A stretch of DNA of 64,000 nt from Eledone cirrhosa. Lineage: Eukaryota. Location of the stretch: positions 18,662,001 through 18,726,000 of the forward strand of contig OZ024754.1 of assembly GCA_964016885.1 (NCBI GenBank). Direction: 5' to 3'. The notes under the pieces were generated by a model. It ran no database searches. It was not told the origin of the DNA and worked only from the letters and a program-made list of their open reading frames with translations. Both the position numbers and the translations under genes were made by a program. Position 1 is the first letter of the stretch; each line of letters starts with the position of its first letter. Shown one piece after another: positions 56,584 through 64,000 of this stretch.

Positions 56584-58256
56584 AATATAAATTTAAAATG
56601 TAGTATAATTAATTAAGTAATTTAGTTAATATATGAAACCTGTCGATAAATCATTAGATTCCTTCACCTTTTTCTTTTTAAACTTTCTTCCTAAATATAA
56701 ACATAGATATAATAAACTACTCTAAAATGTCTATACTTCCAATGTCTTAAATAAAATATACGTAAGATAAATTTCTATACTAAATATAAGGATATCTGTA
56801 GAATCCTTGGTTTTTTTAAAAATCTTTTAAATTTTAAAATTTTTAAATTTTTAAAACTTTTTTAAATTTTTAAACTTTTTAAATTTTTAAATTTTTAAAT
56901 TATATTGATATAATATTTATTTAACTCTTATTTTTATTTATTTTTATTAGTTTTGTTTTGATTCTGATAGCTTCTCATAATTTTCATAAGTCTACCCTTT
57001 CAATATCTAGATTGAAATATACGTAGGATAAATTTCTATACTAAATATATGAAACATATTATTTTAACTTAAGATACTCTATAGTGTTTTAACATATTTA
57101 ATGCTTTGATATTTCTAAAATTCGTTTGTCCTTTTGACTATACTGATATAATTGTATTTCCAAAATATAATCCTTTGGTATTTTAAATTTATATTGTTAT
57201 AATTATATTTCCAAAGTATAATCCTTAGTAATATATTGATATTTGTTTATCTCTATACAAATGTGCATGTGTATTAACATGCATATAAAAGTGTTATAGG
57301 TTTTTTATGATTGTATATATGTCTATGTATACATGAGCGATGCGGGAAGACGCACGCAAATATTTATTTATACATGTATATGTGTATATCTATGTCTGTG
57401 GGTAAGAGATATGTTGCTTAACCACGCAGTTTTGATTGCAGATATGCATAATTTTAACTGAATGTTAAATGCATGAATGGTAATTGTATATATGAAGACA
57501 GAAATGTTAATCGTATATATTTATGTATATGTACTGTGAACTTTTTTATAACACAGTGATTAAGAGAAATCGTCTGCGTTTTATATGTCTATATTGCTGA
57601 CTTGAGTAAATATATTTTCAGGACGTGCGTATATATATATATATATATATATATTTGTGTGTCTTTGCCTAAGATACTGATTTCCCTAGCATTTTGGTTG
57701 ATTAAACCCAAATTTTGGTATATTGATCTCAAGTTTTAAACTAAACATGTAGTCATTATTGAACAATGTTTAATTTCTCATATTATATATTTATGTCCCA
57801 TTCATGAATATTAATATTTATATTTTTATTATTCATTTTATATAAATTGTTAACTCAACTTAATATGACATGACGTAAAATTTTCATTATTTCCCCCTCT
57901 CTCTATATAATATTTCTCTCTCTTGAGTTTTCCTATCTGTCTGATGACTTAATATCTCTCTGTTGCTTTCCTCTGTTTTTCTTATTTCTTATTTCTTCCT
58001 TTTTTCTTTCTTTCCTCCTGTCTTTATTTATCTCTTTCTTTTTTCTCCATGCATCTCTCTCTCTCTGATACTTCTCCACGTTTTTTTCTTTCTCTCTCTC
58101 CGTCTTTTTCTTTCTCTCCGTCTTTTTCTAATTGTCCTTAACACTATGACTTATTAAAATAATATAAACAACATCACTATCCGGATGGCTTCCAAAAATA
58201 ATGGTTGCATTTTAATAGGGTACGTCAAAGCTTATTTGTAAAACTGTTATATATTG

Positions 58257-58321
58257 TATTTTGTCTGATGAAGGCATACCATAATTTAATTTGGTATCCC
58301 TGAAATATGTATAATGAAATA
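58257..58321 (+). ncRNA. Type-I hammerhead ribozyme
   Basis: tattttgt-CTGATGA-aggcatacca...tggtatccct-GAAA-tatgt-ATA-atgaaata. 8-bp stem I, 9 of 10 bp stem II, AUA site. Confidence 0.75.
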
Positions 58322-58624
58322 AATATGGTTTTATAAATATAGTTTCCATTTATTAATATCGTATATATATATATATATATATATAATATATTTAGAAACA
58401 CACAGATACATGCGGACACACACATATATACATGAATGCATCCGCACCCAACTGTGAGTTAAGGGTGCCAACTTCACCGATGTTGCTCAATGAATGACTG
58501 GGACAGACCAATTCAGTTGAACCAGACTGAACCAGTATCAGAGTTAAAAATACACTATGAAGAGAGAAGAAACATTTAGATATAATTAGTAATAAAATGT
58601 ATCATACCTAAACTGCTCCTAAAT

Positions 58625-58714
58625 TCCTCGACTACGTAGTTTCGTGGCATAAACAAAAACAATATATCATAAAGACATAGAGTCCTTGCGAGGTCTGCCG
58701 ACTTATCAAGAGGA
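58625..58714 (-). ncRNA. Hammerhead ribozyme with U3-A8 variant core (copy 1)
   Basis: Minus strand: tcctc-TTGATAA-gtcggca...tgccac-GAAA-CTACGTAG-TC-gagga. Confidence 0.72.
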
Positions 58715-59219
58715 TACCTCATTTTTCTAGTCTCAAGAACGCGTCTACACGACGTGAGAAAGAATCCCAAAAGGCGGAGGGGGAGATAGTCACGCGATAT
58801 AACGGTCGAGAAACAGAGCTAAGCCCCTTATAACCTCGAAGAAAATACCACGGAGGCGGAGGGGGTATTTATATCGAGGCCGCAGAAGAGGTGGTGAAGA
58901 AGGCGAGAAGTATGAGTAATGGAAGCTTTCCAGCTGTCCTCACACTTCAAAGATTGCTCGACCAGAGGGAGTTATTAACAATATATTTAGAAACACACAG
59001 ATACATGCGGACACACACATATATACATGAATGCATCCGCACCCAACTGTGAGTTAAGGGTGCCAACTTCACCGATGTTGCTCAATGAATGACTGGGACA
59101 GACCAATTCAGTTGAACCAGACTGAACCAGTATCAGAGTTAAAAATACACTATGAAGAGAGAAGAAACATTTAGATATAATTAGTAATAAAATGTATCAT
59201 ACCTAAACTGCTCCTAAAT

Positions 59220-59309
59220 TCCTCGACTACGTAGTTTCGTGGCATAAACAAAAACAATATATCATAAAGACATAGAGTCCTTGCGAGGTCTGCCGACTTA
59301 TCAAGAGGA
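59220..59309 (-). ncRNA. Hammerhead ribozyme with U3-A8 variant core (copy 2)
   Basis: Same motif as 58625-58714, shifted by 595 bp. Confidence 0.72.
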
Positions 59310-59814
59310 TACCTCATTTTTCTAGTCTCAAGAACGCGTCTACACGACGTGAGAAAGAATCCCAAAAGGCGGAGGGGGAGATAGTCACGCGATATAACGG
59401 TCGAGAAACAGAGCTAAGCCCCTTATAACCTCGAAGAAAATACCACGGAGGCGGAGGGGGTATTTATATCGAGGCTGCAGAAGAGGTGGTGAAGAAGGCG
59501 AGAAGTATGAGTAATGGAAGCTTTCCAGCTGTCCCCACACTTCAAAGATTGCTCGACCAGAGGGAGTTATTAACAATATATTTAGAAACACACAGATACA
59601 TGCGGACACACACATATATACATGAATGCATCCGCACCCAACTGTGAGTTAAGGGTGCCAACTTCACCGATGTTGCTCAATGAATGACTGGGACAGACCA
59701 ATTCAGTTGAACCAGACTGAACCAGTATCAGAGTTAAAAATACACTATGAAGAGAGAAGAAACATTTAGATATAATTAGTAATAAAATGTATCATACCTA
59801 AACTGCTCCTAAAT

Positions 59815-59904
59815 TCCTCGACTACGTAGTTTCGTGGCATAAACAAAAACAATATATCATAAAGACATAGAGTCCTTGCGAGGTCTGCCGACTTATCAAG
59901 AGGA
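59815..59904 (-). ncRNA. Hammerhead ribozyme with U3-A8 variant core (copy 3)
   Basis: Same motif, shifted by 1190 bp. Confidence 0.72.
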
Positions 59905-60301
59905 TACCTGATTTTACTAGTCTCAAGAACGCGTCTACACGACGTGAGAAAGAATCCCAAAAGGCGGAGGGGGAGATAGTCACGCGATATAACGGTCGTG
60001 TGTGTCCGCATGTATCTGTGTGTTTCTAAATATATTGTTAATAACTCCCTCTGGTCGAGCAATCTTTGAAGTGTGGGGACAGCTGGAAAGCTTCCATTAC
60101 TCATACTTCTCGCCTTCTTCACCACCTCTTCTGCGGCCTCGATATAAATACCCCCTCCGCCTCCGTAGTATTTTCTTCGAGGTTATAAGGGGCTTAGCTC
60201 TGTTTCTCGACCGTTATATCGCGTGACTATCTCCCCCTCCGCCTTTTGGGATTCTTTCTCACGTCGTGTAGACGCGTTCTTGAGACTAGTAAAATGCGGT
60301 A

Positions 60302-60391
60302 TCCTCTTGATAAGTCGGCAGACCTCGCAAGGACTCTATGTCTTTATGATATATTGTTTTTGTTTATGCCACGAAACTACGTAGTCGAGGA
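60302..60391 (+). ncRNA. Hammerhead ribozyme with U3-A8 variant core (inverted copy)
   Basis: tcctc(60302)-TTGATAA(60307-13)-gtcggca/tgccac-GAAA(60373-76)-CTACGTAG-TC(60385-86)-gagga. Confidence 0.72.
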
Positions 60392-60460
60392 ATTTAGGAG
60401 CAGTTTAGGTATGATACATTTTATTACTAATTATATCTAAATGTTTCTTCTCTCTTCATA

Positions 60461-60526
<66 letters not shown>

Positions 60527-60580
60527 ACAAATGAATTAGGCTTAGATAAATGTATATAAGCACATATATAGCTTGACATA

Positions 60581-60868
60581 AGCGGCAAATTGATCAAGTC
60601 GTTAGAACGCCAGGTCGGTAGCTTTGTTTTCTTCGAGCTCTCTGGATCTGAATTCAAACCCCGCCGCGGTGAACGTTGTCTTTCATCCTTTCGAGGTCAA
60701 TAAAAAACAAGTCCCAGTCCAGGGTAAGTGTCAATAAAAAACAAGTCCCAGTCCAGGGTAAGTGTCAATAAAAAACAAGTCCCAGTCCAGGGTAAGTGTC
60801 AATAAAAAAACAAGTCCCAGCTCAGTAGCTGTGTTAATAAAATATATGTCCCAGTCCAGTACCGGTGT
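60581..60868 (+). mobile_element. Old diverged SINE family A copy with a tandemly amplified about 34-bp 3' segment
   Basis: ctgaattcaaaccccgccgcggtgaacgttgtctttcatcctttcgaggtcaataaaa, then gtcaataaaaaacaagtcccagtccagggtaagt repeated about 4-5 times. Confidence 0.7.
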
Positions 60869-61103
60869 CAATTCTTTCACTAAATTTCACTCTCTGTTTT
60901 TCTGGAAGAAACCGACCGTGTTAAAACGTGGAGTGTGGTAGACTTATAAATGCCCACGCAGCGTCTCTACGTCTCCACCATTAGGTATTACGTTATAGGA
61001 CGTGCCTGCGATATTTAAACTTTGCAGAGCTCAGCCGTCTTCACGTCTGAACATAGCCGTTGGAACCGACGGAGGTCCAATATATTATTATATATTATTA
61101 TAT

Positions 61104-61582
61104 ATTTAAATGTAAGTATGTATACGTACATACATATATGTATACAGACGTACAGTAGTATGTATATATATATATATACATACATGCACACATATATATA
61201 TGTACGTATGGATTCACCGAACATTTATTATAACTCACTCGATATGCAAATTAGGCTGCTCAGCCGTTAATATGCATAAGGAAAGTAAATACTTTCAGAC
61301 GTTCAACCATCTGGCAGGAAGGTATACGTTGCTGACGATAGCTAATAAGCTTGAAACTAGTACAGCGTTCCTTTGTCAGTGTTGAACAAATGAGCAACGA
61401 TGGTTGCTAGACACTGTACGGCTTAATTCGGGATGTTTGTTTACAAACACACCGAACATTATAATAAATGTTCGGTGAATCCATACGTGCATATATATAT
61501 GTGTGCATGTATGTATATATATATACATACTACTGTACGTCTGTATACATATATGTATGTACGTATACATACTTATATTTAA
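61104..61582. repeat. Inverted repeat arms (about 61104-61233 and 61459-61582) flanking an HHR-bearing spacer
   Basis: taagtatgtatacgtacatac...tatggattcaccgaacatttattataa versus ttataataaatgttcggtgaatccatac...gtatgtacgtatacatactta. Confidence 0.88.
61326..61368 (+). ncRNA. Minimal type-I hammerhead ribozyme
   Basis: acgttg-CTGACGA-tagct-aata-agctt-GAAA-CTAG-TA-cagcgt. 6-bp stem I, agct/agct stem II, palindromic ACTAGT stem III, GUA site. Confidence 0.8.
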
Positions 61583-61660
61583 GTAACAGCCGTTTTAAGA
61601 GTGGGAAATGAAATTTCGTTTCATTTTTTCCGTTTATTATATATTATTATATATTATTAA

Positions 61661-61855
61661 AGGGTGGTGGATTGGCAGTATCGGTAGAGAGTCGGACACC
61701 ATGCTTTGAAGCATAGAGTTACGTCCCTTTATGATCTGAGTTCAAATCCCACCGAGGTTAACTTTGCCTTTCATCCTTACGGGGTCGATAAAATAAAGTA
61801 CCAGTAATGCACTGCTTTAATTCCTGGCCTTGTGCCAAAAAGTAGAAACAATTAT
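61661..61855 (+). mobile_element. Full-length tRNA-derived SINE, family A
   Basis: A-box tggcagtatcgg, B-box gagttcaaatccc, conserved body and gtagaaacaattat tail shared with at least 6 other copies in the window. Confidence 0.92.
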
Positions 61856-61939
61856 ATATTATCAGAACCCAGAATTTAAAGGGCTGTGACTAAATGCCGC
61901 ATAATATTTTATCCGACGTTCTAACGGTTCTGTCAGTTC

Positions 61940-62098
61940 ATGGTAGTTGTGGTGGTAGTGGGGATAGTGGTAGTAGCGGTAGTGGCGGTGATTCACAGGT
62001 ATGATAATGGTAGTAGTAGTAGTGGTGGTGGTAGTAGTGGTAGTGGTAGTAGTAGTAGTGGTGATCCAAGGATATGATGATCATAGTAGTGGTGATCC
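61940..62098. repeat. (GGT/AGT)n trinucleotide microsatellite
   Basis: Direct inspection. Confidence 0.8.
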
Positions 62099-62186
62099 AG
62101 GCGCTGATAATGTACGTTTGTGTTAGAAATTCTATTAAGTGTTTGTACTCTGTTGACCAGTAATTCATTGAGTGAGTAGCAATGCA

Positions 62187-62225
<39 letters not shown>

Positions 62226-63278
62226 TAGAGGTAGTAACACAACAGTTAGTTCACCACACTGAGAACAATTGTTTCACCTTAGCGGATCTTATTGACCTAT
62301 ATATATATATATATATATGCACACATGCATACACACACAAACACACATATGTATAAGTACATATATATATACATACATTTATATATATACATATACATAG
62401 ACACACACACACACACACACACGCACACACACGCACACACACACATATACAGTATATATCATACATATATGATATAAAAGGCATGTATGGCGCTTCAGAA
62501 AGCTTTTTTTTTTGTTCAGAGTAAGAATCCCATTAGAGGCAAAATCGATTGAGATTTTATCGGAAAAATAGGCACATTTAAAAACAGCTTCTAACTGCAT
62601 TGGGACATTGCTTGAATGAAATCCTCCATCACCACCGCCCACTCATTATTATTAATTTTTCAAACTCATACTTCCATTAATATCACCTGGATGACATTGG
62701 AATCAAACATGATTATTGCATTACTTAGCTCTCATGCTAACTGCATTGTAACTGTCTAATATATATACAAGTGATATAACAGCAACTGCATTGTAACTAT
62801 ATACTAGCGAGATTATAATAATAACAACTATCTAATACATACACACACAGACACACGTTATATATATATATGTATATATATATACAAATATAAATTTAGC
62901 GAGAATCGCATTTCGGCGGGTAGAAATTGGCGAAATATATATATATATATATGTACACAGTTCAAGAGTAACCAATCTTAATGAGAGAGATGGAGATAGG
63001 TGAGGAGATAGGAGAGGAGAGATTGGTGAATTAGTTAGAAGCCAAAGCGTAAAGGCATGTGCTCAATATTATTATTAATATTATTATTATTATTATTCTC
63101 TACATTCCTTACATCAAACTAAAATATGTTGACAATCTTTTAATAATGTCTTCCTTGTGAAATTTGTGGTCTTGTTTTGCTTAACTAATGAATATATATA
63201 TATATATATATATGACAAGTAAGTATGTTTTGAAACAGTGAGCAGGTTTGAAATTAGAAAATGTGCTACCATTAGTAA

Positions 63279-63330
63279 TGGTAGCACAGTGGTCTGGATA
63301 ACCAAAGATGTGGGTTCGACTCCCATGTAC
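63279..63330 (+). other. tRNA-like fragment (pseudogene or SINE head), preceded by a fold-back of its own 5' end
   Basis: tggtagcacagtggtctggataaccaaagatgtgggttcgactcccat contains T-loop ggttcgactcc. Palindrome tgtgctaccatt-agt-aatggtagcaca at 63262-63288. No complete cloverleaf. Confidence 0.35.
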
Positions 63331-63417
63331 GTCAATACTCATCTTTTTCCATTTATCTGAGGGTTCTAAACCCCATTATCAGACTAAAATTTCTTTAGTA
63401 AAAAATAAGGTGAAAGC

Positions 63418-63469
<52 letters not shown>

Positions 63470-63570
63470 TATATATATATATATATACTATATATATAAC
63501 TATCCAAACTGAACCTGAACCGATAAGGTCTGGTTTCTTGGGTATGTCAACATTTATAAAACAAATTTTG

Positions 63571-63631
63571 TATTTTATCTGATGAGTGCGTACCAAAATT
63601 TTGGTACCCTTGAAATATATATAATGAAATA
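63571..63631 (+). ncRNA. Type-I hammerhead ribozyme (same family as 58257-58321)
   Basis: tattttat-CTGATGA-gtgcgtaccaaaattttggtaccctt-GAAA-tatat-ATA-atgaaata. The 3' flank aatatggttttataaatatagtttccatttattaatatc is identical to that of the 58257 copy. Confidence 0.75.
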
Positions 63632-63759
63632 AATATGGTTTTATAAATATAGTTTCCATTTATTAATATCATTTATATTATACTCCAGAAAACTTGTAGA
63701 GTGCTTCGAATCTGTTATAAATAAATTTGTTGAATAACCAATAAATTAAATATCTCTTT

Positions 63760-63839
<80 letters not shown>

Positions 63840-64000
63840 GAAAACAAGTCATCGTTTTAAGTAGTCCAGTTAGAGGCTGTGAGTACTCTATACTATGAAT
63901 AGTTTTAACGTACGGCGCTGTTTGACTCAACAAGAGGTTTCCTTAGTTAGGTGGCGAGTTTCCGAGAATTCCCATGCAGGTTATTCTTGGAGTAATAATA

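Larger units (their letters stand above)
58386..60464. mobile_element. 595-bp tandem array (about 2.7 copies) plus terminal inverted partial copy (59998-60464), inserted in (TA)n; retrozyme or PLE pseudo-LTR-like
   Basis: cacccaactgtgag at 58445, 59040 and 59635 (period 595). Copies are near identical and each carries an HHR. Confidence 0.9.

Noticed and set aside
58576-60440. Repeated 64-119 aa ORFs in the 595-bp unit
   Set aside because: Alternative start codons, no recognisable domain, and their identity only reflects recent duplication.
61661-61760. SINE heads as functional tRNA genes
   Set aside because: A and B boxes are present but there is no cloverleaf. They are followed by a shared body and tail, and several copies have TSDs.

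Overview
Gene-free, repeat-saturated eukaryotic (animal) DNA. The AT-rich, (TA)n/(CA)n-dense style and the SINE families suggest a cephalopod or other mollusc, which is inference only. Bases 1-25.8 kb are one giant 51-bp AAC-derived satellite with kb-scale higher-order repeats; the long minus-strand V/L/C 'ORFs' there are artefacts. It is followed by a 28-bp alternating purine-pyrimidine satellite (26.2-29.1 kb). The rest holds a near full-length but frameshifted Penelope-like element (PLE: RT plus GIY-YIG), three fragments of a second AT-rich PLE lineage, an RTE-type LINE 5' fragment, about 9 tRNA-derived SINE copies from two families (three with target-site duplications), and many fold-back inverted repeats. 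The main hidden signal is non-coding. Reading by eye gives 13 type-I hammerhead ribozyme (HHR) motifs from about 9 distinct sequence families between 32.9 and 63.6 kb. They include a 595-bp tandem retrozyme-like array whose ribozyme has the compensatory C3U/G8A core, and a family with a conserved C10.1-A11.1 mismatch and a covarying stem II. All folds were assigned manually and none has been tested.
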